From: a virus
DNA length: 64,000 nt
Direction: 5' to 3' (one strand)
IMG/VR virus record: IMGVR_UViG_3300009509_000015
Span: 11,361-75,360 of that record
The notes under the pieces were generated by a model. It saw nothing but the letters and a program-made list of their open reading frames with translations, made no database searches and was not told the origin of the DNA. This document shows positions 8,322-16,832 of the stretch, one piece after another. Both the position numbers and the translations under genes were made by a program. Every line of letters begins with the position of its first letter. The stretch's first letter is position 1.

Positions 8322-11300
8322 ATGACTTGGGCAGTAGATACCTCAACTCAGGGTACATATGGAACTAGTAACCCTAATACACTAAGCCACACATGTTCAG
8401 CATCTACTAAGTTGCTGGTGCTGGCTATATTTGTCAATGGTACAACTGCCAGGACAGGAGGAGCACCAACCTACAATGGTACTCCTATGACTGATAGTGG
8501 TCAAGGTTTCGTTTTCTTATCTGGTGGTGAGGCTGGTGTTGAAGTATGGTATTTAATAGAACCTGATACTGGAAGTAGCTATACTGTTAGTGTTCCTAAT
8601 ACGGGGGCAGTAAACTGTGACTTATCTGTAACATCATTTGAAGCTACTAATAATGCTGCTTTTGATAACTCAAATAGTGCGTCTGCTGATTCAGGAACTT
8701 GGAGTGTATCAGTAACTGTTTCCAACAACAACTGTTTAATGTTCGGTGCGGTTGGATCAGGCGAACGTGACACGCCTACTGCTGGAACAAACTATACTCT
8801 CATCCATACTTATGACGCAGGAAACCAAGTTTGGGGATCAGAGTATGACCTTGATGCGGGTAGTTCAGGGAGTATTACAGTAGATTTCACCCCTGCTCGT
8901 GCTGATGACTGGGGCTTAATCGGTATAGGCTTCTATGAAACAACAACAGCTACTGTAACAGGTGCTGCTGCACTAACTGGTACTGGTTCTTTATCTGCTA
9001 TTGGAAAAGGTATAGCAAGTTCTGCTGCTGCTCTATCAGGAACAGGAACAATTACTAATGTTCCAGCTTATGCTATTACTAGTTCTGCTGGAGCTTTATC
9101 TGGAACTGGTACGCTATCAGCAATAGGGTTCAGGTTAATTACTGGTGTAGCTGCACTATCTGGTACAGGCACGCTATCAGCAATAGGTGCTAGAGTAGCA
9201 TTGGGAGTAGCTGCATTATCTGGCACAGGTACATTATCTGCTGCTGGCTATATAGTATTTCCATCAGAAGTAACAATACAAAATAACCAAGGTAGACTAT
9301 CATTTGCTGATAGTGCTCAAGCATATGCTAGAGCTATATCTACTATGGCAGATCAATCTAATGCAGAACTTACAGCTAAGTTTACTTTTGGTGATCTTGT
9401 TTCTGAAGGTTTACTAAGATTTCATCTACGTGGTTCAGGAGACTGGGCAGACTGGCAAACACCTACAACAGCCTACGAAGTAGAGATTGCCAACACTGGT
9501 GACTGGAAAGTTTATAGGATTCAAAGTGGTAGCCGTACACAAATAGGCACTACACAAACTTGGACTTCCACAACAGAACAACACTCTATTAAATTTCAAG
9601 TAGTAGGAACAGATATACGTGCTAAAGTATGGCGCACAATTGACTCAGAACCTGGGTGGCAGAAAGATATTGACGACTCTACCAGTGGATTTACTACAGC
9701 AGGTACATTACAGCTAGGCTATTTCCGTGTAGCTGGATCACATTATGTTGATCTTGATGATGTTTCTGTGCAATCTCCAGAATCTGTAGAATTTGGTGTT
9801 GCTGCCCTAACGGGTACAGGTACTTTGTCTACATCTGGACTAGGCATAGCTTATGGTACAGCAGCAATATCTGGAACAGGTACGCTAACAGCTAAGTATG
9901 CTCATATACCACTTACAGACTTAATATATTGGCTAGACTTTTCTGATCAGACTGCTATATGGAAAACTTCTACAGAACGTATAGGTGCAGATAATGACAC
10001 AATCTATGAAATAAAAGACAAGTCTGGCAATAACTATGGTGCAACACAAGCAACAGAAGGACTAAGACCTACTTGGAAAACTAATATACAAAATGGCCTT
10101 GCAATGTCTTTGTGGAATCCAGCTACTACTACAAACATGCGTGGGCCTTATGGAGACATGAGTAGTGTTTTACCAACAAATACAGGTACAGCTTTTGTTG
10201 TACTCATCCAAGATGGAACAAATGCAAATAACACTGTTATAAACACTACTATAGCCTCTGTTGCTGGTGATAACCAGATAACAATACACGCAACATACTC
10301 AAATAACCTGTACTTTGATATGGGTGATTATGCTGGTGGTGGACGAATTTACGGAGCACAACCATCTGGTTGGGATGACGTTGCACATATCTATTCTGCA
10401 TATAGATCAGGGTCTAGTGGAGAAATATCTGTTGATGGTGCTCCTATAGTTTTAACAGTGGACACTTATACAGATGACTTTGAGCCTGGAAGAGATGTTG
10501 GATATTTGTATACGATAGGAGCAAACTTCCCAGGAAACCAAATCAACTTTAAAGGATATATTGGCGAAATAATCTTTTATAAAACAAAACTTTCTGCTGC
10601 TGAAATACTACAAGTACAGAGATACCTAACAGATAAGTGGAGTGTAACATTAATACAAACTAGCGCAGCTTCTTTATCAGGCACAGGAACTCTATCAGCA
10701 ACAGGATCAGCTATAGTATCTGGTGCTGCAAGTTTGACAGGAACTGGAACATTAACAAGCTCAGGTACAGGAATTGCTTCCAGCGCAGCTACATTAACAG
10801 GTACTGGTACACTAACAGGCATACCACTTGTAATATCATTTGGTGTAACTTCATTAACAGGTACTGGTACGTTATCAGCAATTGGAACATTCTTTAGTGT
10901 ACAGCAAACTTCTGCTGCTTTAACGGGTACTGGTACACTAAGCGCAATAGGTTATGCAATTGCATCAAGCGCTGGTACTATGTCTGGTACTGGAACACTA
11001 ACAGGCGTACCATTTGTATTATCATTCGGTGTGTCTGCTCTAACAGGTACTGGAACATTATCAGCAATAGGTAGTGCTGCTGGTATAGAACAAAGTGCTG
11101 CTACACTTTCAGGAACAGGCACATTATCAGCAATTGGTGAAGCTACTGCTTTTGGTGTGACCGCATTATCTGGCACTGGCACGTTATCGTCAGCATCATA
11201 TGCTATAACATCAAGTGCTGGAGCACTTTCAGGAACAGGCACATTATCAGCAATTGCTACAACACTTGGACTTAAGACTGGCGTTGTATCAATGAGTGGT

Positions 11301-11843
11301 ACTGGTACATTATCCGCTATACCACAAGTCTTCGCAATAGCTACCGCTTCGCTAACAGGTACTGGTACGTTAACTACAGCAGCCTATCAGATAAGCATAA
11401 ACAATACAGCAAGCTTGTCTGGCACTGGCACAATGTCTGTTATTGGCTCAGTAGGTGGTATAATTCAAGGTGTTGCTACACTAGATGGTACTGGTACATT
11501 ATCAGCTATACCATTCGTTGTTAGCTACGCTGTAGCCACAATGTCTGGAACGGGTACGTTAGTTAGCTCTAGCCTAATTATCGTGCCTGTAAGTGTGACA
11601 ATGAGTGGTACAGGTACATTAAGTGCTACAGGATATGCACTAGCCCTTGGCGTAGTTGCCATGACAGGAACTGGCACACTAAGCGCAATTGGCTCAGGTA
11701 TAGGAATTGAGACTGGCGTAGCCTCATTAACAGGTGTAGGTACGCTAACAGCAGATTACAGATTATGGCCTTTCACAGACGATTTCACATTCAGTGATGA
11801 TTCTGTTTGGGATGTAAGCAAGTGGGAAGTAACAGAGGTATAA
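8322..11843 (+). CDS. large fibre protein 2: N-domain, ConA-like and LamG-like domains, ~25 GxGTL repeats
   Basis: WLDFSD...KDKSGNNY..TQAT...RPT and FKGYIGEIIFY (LamG-like); 20-24-aa repeats; C-terminal LWPFTDDF peptide. Confidence 0.7.
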   Translation: MTWAVDTSTQGTYGTSNPNTLSHTCSASTKLLVLAIFVNGTTARTGGAPTYNGTPMTDSGQGFVFLSGGEAGVEVWYLIEPDTGSSYTVSVPNTGAVNCDLSVTSFEATNNAAFDNSNSASADSGTWSVSVTVSNNNCLMFGAVGSGERDTPTAGTNYTLIHTYDAGNQVWGSEYDLDAGSSGSITVDFTPARADDWGLIGIGFYETTTATVTGAAALTGTGSLSAIGKGIASSAAALSGTGTITNVPAYAITSSAGALSGTGTLSAIGFRLITGVAALSGTGTLSAIGARVALGVAALSGTGTLSAAGYIVFPSEVTIQNNQGRLSFADSAQAYARAISTMADQSNAELTAKFTFGDLVSEGLLRFHLRGSGDWADWQTPTTAYEVEIANTGDWKVYRIQSGSRTQIGTTQTWTSTTEQHSIKFQVVGTDIRAKVWRTIDSEPGWQKDIDDSTSGFTTAGTLQLGYFRVAGSHYVDLDDVSVQSPESVEFGVAALTGTGTLSTSGLGIAYGTAAISGTGTLTAKYAHIPLTDLIYWLDFSDQTAIWKTSTERIGADNDTIYEIKDKSGNNYGATQATEGLRPTWKTNIQNGLAMSLWNPATTTNMRGPYGDMSSVLPTNTGTAFVVLIQDGTNANNTVINTTIASVAGDNQITIHATYSNNLYFDMGDYAGGGRIYGAQPSGWDDVAHIYSAYRSGSSGEISVDGAPIVLTVDTYTDDFEPGRDVGYLYTIGANFPGNQINFKGYIGEIIFYKTKLSAAEILQVQRYLTDKWSVTLIQTSAASLSGTGTLSATGSAIVSGAASLTGTGTLTSSGTGIASSAATLTGTGTLTGIPLVISFGVTSLTGTGTLSAIGTFFSVQQTSAALTGTGTLSAIGYAIASSAGTMSGTGTLTGVPFVLSFGVSALTGTGTLSAIGSAAGIEQSAATLSGTGTLSAIGEATAFGVTALSGTGTLSSASYAITSSAGALSGTGTLSAIATTLGLKTGVVSMSGTGTLSAIPQVFAIATASLTGTGTLTTAAYQISINNTASLSGTGTMSVIGSVGGIIQGVATLDGTGTLSAIPFVVSYAVATMSGTGTLVSSSLIIVPVSVTMSGTGTLSATGYALALGVVAMTGTGTLSAIGSGIGIETGVASLTGVGTLTADYRLWPFTDDFTFSDDSVWDVSKWEVTEV

Positions 11844-11844
11844 T

Positions 11845-14800
11845 ATGTCTTGGACTTTAGATACTTCAACTCAAGGAACTTATGGAGCAAGCGATCCTAG
11901 TACACTAACGCATACGTGTTCTAGTGCTACTCGCTTGCTAGTCCTTGTTATCTTTGTTAATGGTACTACTGCTCGTACTGGTGGTGCTCCTACTTACAAC
12001 GGCTCTTCTCTAACAGATAGCGGTCAAGGATTTGTGTTTGATACTGGCGGTGAAGCTGGTGTAGAAATATGGTACTTAATAGAACCAGATACAGGCAGTG
12101 GATATACTTTAAGCGTTCCTAATACAGGAGCAGCAAATATTGACCTATCTGCTATGTCATTTGAGCCTACATCAGGCAACACAGCAGCATTTGATGGAGC
12201 AAATAGTGCAAGTGGTACAACACAGAACCCATCAGTATCTGTTACAATCTCAAATAACAATGCCCTAATGGTCGGTGGCTTGGGATCAGGAGATCGTGAT
12301 GCCCCTACTGCTGGAACAAACTATACGCTGGTTCATACGCAGGATGCTGGAAACCAAACATGGGGAAGTGAGTACGATCTAGACGCTGGAAGTTCTGGTT
12401 CTATAACTGTATCTTTTAGCACAGCACGAGCAGACGACTGGGGCTTGATTGGTATAGGTTTCTATGAAACCGCAGGAACAACTGTTGTTACTGGAGCAGC
12501 AGCCCTAACTGGTACTGGATCGCTGTCAGCTATAGGCTCATTCTTTTCAATAGAAACTGGTGTTGCACCACTAAGCGGAACAGGAACATTATCCGCAGCC
12601 TCTTACGCTATCGCTAGTTCTGCTGGCGCTATGTCTGGAACTGGCACATTAAGTGCCATTGGTACACTAATTACTATATACGGGGCTGCTGCACTAACAG
12701 GTACTGGATCACTAACTGGTATAGGTTATGCAATTTCCTTTGCAGTTGCAACAATTAGTGGCACAGGTACGCTTTCTGCAATTGCAAAGGGTATAGTACA
12801 GGGGGTTGCAAATCTAACAGGCACAGGTACGCTTTCTGCAATCGGAACTTTCTTTACACCAGCACAAACTATCACAGGAGTAGCAGCACTTTCTGGTACT
12901 GGAACATTATCTAGTAGTGGTATTGCAATTTCTATTGCAACAGCTAGCCTATCTGGTACAGGAAGTCTAGTTGCTATTGGTGCTCCTGTAGGCGCAGATA
13001 CTATAGTAGATGTTCAAACTAACCAAGGTAGAATTTACTTACCTGATAGTGCTGGCGTATATGGGCGTGCTATAGCCAAGAGAATGTTAAAGAAAACAAA
13101 CTCTGAAGTATTACTATACTTTAAGTTTGACGATACAAACGCAGAGGGTGTGTTCCGAGTATTTATGCGTGCCTCTGGTGATTGGAACACAGCAGACAAA
13201 CCTACAGATGGTTATGAAGTAGCTATCTCAAACTCTTCTGGTGGTTTAACACTTAATAAAATACAAAGTGGTACACGGTCTAATATAACAAGCGGTAGCT
13301 GGACAGCAACGACTGCTGCTCAGTGGTTGAGATTCCAAACAAACGGTAACGCACTTAAAGTAAGAGTGTGGGCAGATGGTTCTGGTGAGCCTGGAACATG
13401 GGATATTGATACAACTAATGCAGACATTTCTACTGCTGGCGTGCTACAGGTAGGTTTCTGGAGGGTATCTGGAACACATACAATGTACATCGACAGCATC
13501 AATGTCCATGATGTTGTAGGTTTCCAGTACGGAGCAGCAGCCTTAACAGGAACTGGAACACTATCTGCTATTGGATCAGCAATTGTCTACGGAGCAGCAG
13601 CCCTTTCTGGAACGGGCACGTTAAGTTCTGCATCAACAGCAATAACATCTAGCGCTGCTAGCTTAACAGGTACAGGCACACTAACAGCTATTGGTGAAAA
13701 GGTAACAGCTATTGTTACTGGTGTTGCAAGCTTATCAGGTACAGGTAGCCTAGCTGCTACTGGATATGCTATAGTCTCTAGCGCAGCTACATTATCTGGA
13801 ACGGGCACGCTAACAGCTATTGCTACTTACTTCTCTGTTGGAGCAGCCTCACTAACTGGAACTGGTACGCTATCTGCTACTGGTTATGCTATTGTCTCTG
13901 GTGTAGCCTCACTAACTGGAACTGGTACGCTAACTGCAATAGGCAATCCTGCTGGAGTAATCCAGGGCAATGCCAACCTAACAGGCACAGGCACACTATC
14001 TTCAAGTGCTACAGTAGTTGTCTATGCTACAGCAGCATTAAGCGGAACAGGAACATTAACTTCAGCAAGCCTAGCCATAACAAGTAGTGCTGCAAGCCTA
14101 AGCGGTAATGGTACTTTATCAGCAATTGGTACTAGGATACAGCTTGGAGTAGTACAATTGTCAGGTACTGGTACGCTAGCTGCTGTACCATTTGTAATAG
14201 TACCTTCAGCAGCTACACTAAGCGGAACTGGCACACTAACAAGTGCTGCTTATGCTATAACAACTGGAGCAGCATCATTAACTGGTGTGGGATCACTAAT
14301 TGCTAGACCAGAGATCGAGAACTTAATCACTGGAAGGGCAGCCCTAACTGGAACTGGTACGTTATCTGCTATTGGATACGGTATAGCTTCAAGCACAGTT
14401 TCAATGAGTGGTACTGGAGTTCTAACAGGTGTAGGCTACGCAATAGCAAGCACTACAGCAAGCTTAAGTGGCAATGGAACATTAACTGCTACACCATTTG
14501 TATTATCATACGCTACAGCAGCCCTATCAGGACAAGGAACATTAACAGCCACTAGCTATGCTATAGCTTCTGGAGCAGCTAGCTTAACTGGACTTGGCAC
14601 ATTAGTTGCTAGACCAGAAGTTGAGGGATTATTAACTGGCGTTGTATCTATGACAGGTACTGGTACAATGTCTGCTATACCATTTGTACTATCTTATGGT
14701 AATGTGTCTATGTCTGGACTAGGCACACTAACTGCAAAAGCATCAGGAGAAATTACTGGAGCAGCTACCTTATCTGGTACTGGCGTACTAACCGCAAGCA

Positions 14801-15240
14801 GCCTAGCAATAACTTCAAGTGCTGTAACAATGAGTGGTACTGGTGCTATGAACGTAGTTGGTATAGGTGTGTCAGAAAGCGCTGTATCAATGTCTGGCGC
14901 TGGTACATTAGCAGCCATACCACAAGTGTTTGCACTAGGTACTGTATCAATGTCTGGTACAGGAGTTCTATCTGGATCAGGTTATGGTATATCAATAGCA
15001 AATGCTTCGCTATCTGGACTAGGCACACTAACATCAACAGGTATTGCAATTGCTTACGCTGGCGCAAGTCTAACAGGACAAGGTACATTACTCGTAGTTA
15101 TAAGAGCTATACCAGCTACTTGGTTCTTAGAGGGATCGTTCATATTAACCATAGAGCTAGATGGTACGATTGTAGATACTGTAGAGTTAGATGCCCAGTT
15201 TGAGACTATTGAACTAGAGGGTAATACTTTCGAGGATTAA
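11845..15240 (+). CDS. large fibre protein 3: paralogous N-domain, ConA-like domain, ~34 GxGTL repeats
   Basis: First ~205 aa closely similar to protein 2; acidic TIELDG-type C-terminus. Confidence 0.7.
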   Translation: MSWTLDTSTQGTYGASDPSTLTHTCSSATRLLVLVIFVNGTTARTGGAPTYNGSSLTDSGQGFVFDTGGEAGVEIWYLIEPDTGSGYTLSVPNTGAANIDLSAMSFEPTSGNTAAFDGANSASGTTQNPSVSVTISNNNALMVGGLGSGDRDAPTAGTNYTLVHTQDAGNQTWGSEYDLDAGSSGSITVSFSTARADDWGLIGIGFYETAGTTVVTGAAALTGTGSLSAIGSFFSIETGVAPLSGTGTLSAASYAIASSAGAMSGTGTLSAIGTLITIYGAAALTGTGSLTGIGYAISFAVATISGTGTLSAIAKGIVQGVANLTGTGTLSAIGTFFTPAQTITGVAALSGTGTLSSSGIAISIATASLSGTGSLVAIGAPVGADTIVDVQTNQGRIYLPDSAGVYGRAIAKRMLKKTNSEVLLYFKFDDTNAEGVFRVFMRASGDWNTADKPTDGYEVAISNSSGGLTLNKIQSGTRSNITSGSWTATTAAQWLRFQTNGNALKVRVWADGSGEPGTWDIDTTNADISTAGVLQVGFWRVSGTHTMYIDSINVHDVVGFQYGAAALTGTGTLSAIGSAIVYGAAALSGTGTLSSASTAITSSAASLTGTGTLTAIGEKVTAIVTGVASLSGTGSLAATGYAIVSSAATLSGTGTLTAIATYFSVGAASLTGTGTLSATGYAIVSGVASLTGTGTLTAIGNPAGVIQGNANLTGTGTLSSSATVVVYATAALSGTGTLTSASLAITSSAASLSGNGTLSAIGTRIQLGVVQLSGTGTLAAVPFVIVPSAATLSGTGTLTSAAYAITTGAASLTGVGSLIARPEIENLITGRAALTGTGTLSAIGYGIASSTVSMSGTGVLTGVGYAIASTTASLSGNGTLTATPFVLSYATAALSGQGTLTATSYAIASGAASLTGLGTLVARPEVEGLLTGVVSMTGTGTMSAIPFVLSYGNVSMSGLGTLTAKASGEITGAATLSGTGVLTASSLAITSSAVTMSGTGAMNVVGIGVSESAVSMSGAGTLAAIPQVFALGTVSMSGTGVLSGSGYGISIANASLSGLGTLTSTGIAIAYAGASLTGQGTLLVVIRAIPATWFLEGSFILTIELDGTIVDTVELDAQFETIELEGNTFED

Positions 15241-15241
15241 T

Positions 15242-15607
15242 ATGACTAAACGAAAACAAGACTTTGTAACTTGGACAGGCAACGACGAAAAGATAGAGTT
15301 CACTGTTTATCAAGATGACGGTGTTACTCCTTTAAACATTTCTGCTGGCACACTTTCTTGGATAATGAAAGAATCAAGAACAGCAACAGCAGCATTAATT
15401 GAAAAGGAAACTGGTGGTCAAGGTATTTCCATTACTGATGGTGCTAATGGAAAGTGTCAAGTAGACCTTGATCCAGCAGACACTAATGGTTTAGAGGGCG
15501 CAAAATACTTTCATGAACTGAAACTAACTCTTTCTAATGAAACCAAAACAGTATCAGAGGGTACGGTCACGATCCATAGAAGTGGTTTCTCTGATCTTAC
15601 CCCTTAA
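15242..15607 (+). CDS. BppU-like Ig-fold virion adaptor protein
   Basis: GNDEKIEFTV..D...PLNIS...ITDGANGKCQVDLDPADT..L...YFHEL pattern. Confidence 0.6.
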   Translation: MTKRKQDFVTWTGNDEKIEFTVYQDDGVTPLNISAGTLSWIMKESRTATAALIEKETGGQGISITDGANGKCQVDLDPADTNGLEGAKYFHELKLTLSNETKTVSEGTVTIHRSGFSDLTP

Positions 15608-15610
15608 CCC

Positions 15611-15639
15611 TTGACAAATATTTTCAATTGTAGTATAAT
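15611..15639 (+). promoter_or_regulatory. sigma70-type promoter overlapping an ATTGTAG motif
   Basis: TTGACA-N17-TATAAT; also TTAACC(15604)-N17-ATTGTAG(15627). Confidence 0.85.
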
Positions 15640-15708
15640 GCTAATCGAGAGAACAGAATGTCAATGGTTAGGAGTTTCGGGAGGTCTCCACAAAACCTCC
15701 CACTTTTT

Positions 15709-15779
15709 GCCTTCATCGGTTAATGGTAAACCGTGTGGCTTCCAACCACTGACTGCGAGTTCGAGTCTCGCTGAAGGCT
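15709..15779 (+). tRNA. tRNA-Gly(TCC)
   Basis: Acceptor GCCTTCA/TGAAGGC, GTGG-CTTCCAA-CCAC, GCGAG-TTCGAGT-CTCGC. Confidence 0.92.
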
Positions 15780-15803
15780 CAGTAAAATTTTGAGGAGGCA
15801 ACT

Positions 15804-16019
15804 ATGCCATTATATGAGTACAAGTGTGGTAATCCTAGCTGTAATAACATTCACGAAGAGGGTAGACCCTCTGCATATAGGGATGTTTCAGCAGAGTGCC
15901 CCATATGTGGGAGTGAGGCAGAAAGAATTTATTCAACAGGGCAAACGTTTGTTATCCCACATGACAAACCAGCAGTTTATAAAAACGCTGCTGGTGAGAC
16001 AGTACGCAGGGTAACTTAA
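15804..16019 (+). CDS. FmdB-family zinc-ribbon protein
   Basis: MPLYEYKC....C...CPICGS..ERIYS. Confidence 0.8.
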   Translation: MPLYEYKCGNPSCNNIHEEGRPSAYRDVSAECPICGSEAERIYSTGQTFVIPHDKPAVYKNAAGETVRRVT

Positions 16020-16026
16020 CAACTTC

Positions 16027-16103
16027 GGGGGTGTAGCTCAGTATATGGTTAGAGCAACATTCTTACAAAATGGAGGTCGCTGGTTCGAGTCCAGCCATCC
16101 CCA
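16027..16103 (+). tRNA. tRNA-Val(TAC)
   Basis: Acceptor GGGGGTG/CATCCCC, CATT-CTTACAA-AATG, GCTGG-TTCGAGT-CCAGC. Confidence 0.92.
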
Positions 16104-16160
16104 CTAGCCTTATCTACCATGTGTAGAAAAAGATCAGAGCACCTTAAGGGTGCTCAGCTA

Positions 16161-16232
16161 GCCTTCAAAGCATTAATGGTGATGCAGTCGGCTCTTAACC
16201 GATAGATTCAGGTTCAAGTCCTGATGAGGGCA
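16161..16232 (+). tRNA. tRNA-Lys(CTT)
   Basis: Acceptor GCCTTCA/TGAGGGC, GTCGG-CTCTTAA-CCGAT. Confidence 0.92.
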
Positions 16233-16234
16233 CT

Positions 16235-16768
16235 ATGCTAGTACGTGATAAGCTTACTAAAGAAGTTTTAGAAGATTATAAACGCCAGGGTTTATCAACC
16301 CATCAAATAGCAAGACTTATAGGTTGTAGCCAACCCTATGTCTCTAAAGTTGCTATACAAAGAGGCATACATTTTACTAGAGAAAAAGGAACTTGTATCG
16401 TTTGTGGTAATACATTAAATAGAGGTAAAAAATATTGCTCTCACCAGTGTCAAAAGAATGAACAACACCAAAAACTTATAAGCCAATGGTTGTCTGGTGA
16501 ATGGAACGGGCTTAGAGGAAAAAAAGTTACTGCCCTTTCTAAAACAATAAGAGATTATTTGTTAAAGCAAGCAGACTACAAGTGTTCTAAATGTGGTTGG
16601 GCAGAAGTAAATGAATCTTCTGGTATGATACCGTTAGAAATAAATCATATTGATGGTAATCACAAAAATAATAGACCAGAAAATTTAGAAGTTGTATGTC
16701 CTAACTGCCATGCACTAACACCAAACTTTAGAGGACTAAATAAAAACAGTACTCGCACGCACCGATAG
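16235..16768 (+). CDS. HNH endonuclease (probable free-standing homing endonuclease)
   Basis: N-terminal HTH, CxxC..KYCS..C, CSKCG, LEINHIDGNHKNNRPENLEVVCPNCH. Confidence 0.9.
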   Translation: MLVRDKLTKEVLEDYKRQGLSTHQIARLIGCSQPYVSKVAIQRGIHFTREKGTCIVCGNTLNRGKKYCSHQCQKNEQHQKLISQWLSGEWNGLRGKKVTALSKTIRDYLLKQADYKCSKCGWAEVNESSGMIPLEINHIDGNHKNNRPENLEVVCPNCHALTPNFRGLNKNSTRTHR

Positions 16769-16832
16769 TTCTAAGTAGGCAAAACGCATGTCTTGTAAAC
16801 ATGATTTGTGGGATCGTGGCCCACTCGGTGCT
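16759..16832 (+). tRNA. tRNA-Thr(TGT) with atypical T-loop
   Basis: Acceptor GCACCGA/TCGGTGC, CATGT-CTTGTAA-ACATG, T-arm GTGGG-ATCGTGG-CCCAC. Confidence 0.8.

Noticed and set aside
8308-12990. Ribosomal bypass or splicing joining CCA-TAA (8308) to CCA (9261) and GTA-TAA (11838) to GTA (12988)
   Set aside because: The gaps are ~1 kb and are themselves well-formed coding sequence, no intron structure is visible, and the matching codons may reflect my choice of junction. Trans complementation is simpler.
7299-14918. Antisense ORFs with VPVP repeats (also other antisense ORFs such as 44870-45481 and 62417-62985)
   Set aside because: They are shadows of repetitive or biased sense-strand coding.
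5620-15240. CRISPR-like or DGR repeats
   Set aside because: The repeats are protein-level with free synonymous variation. There is no repeat-spacer pattern, no adenine-specific variant pair and no reverse transcriptase.
508-15793. ORF-track entries 508-732, 555-743, 1074-1364, 4903-5178 and 15611-15793
   Set aside because: They overlap tRNA genes or promoters and lack SD sequences; treated as spurious.
16104-16160. tRNA-associated HDV-like (theta) or hammerhead ribozyme
   Set aside because: I could not build the nested double pseudoknot or find CUGANGA/GAAA cores by eye; kept only as an unexplained insert.
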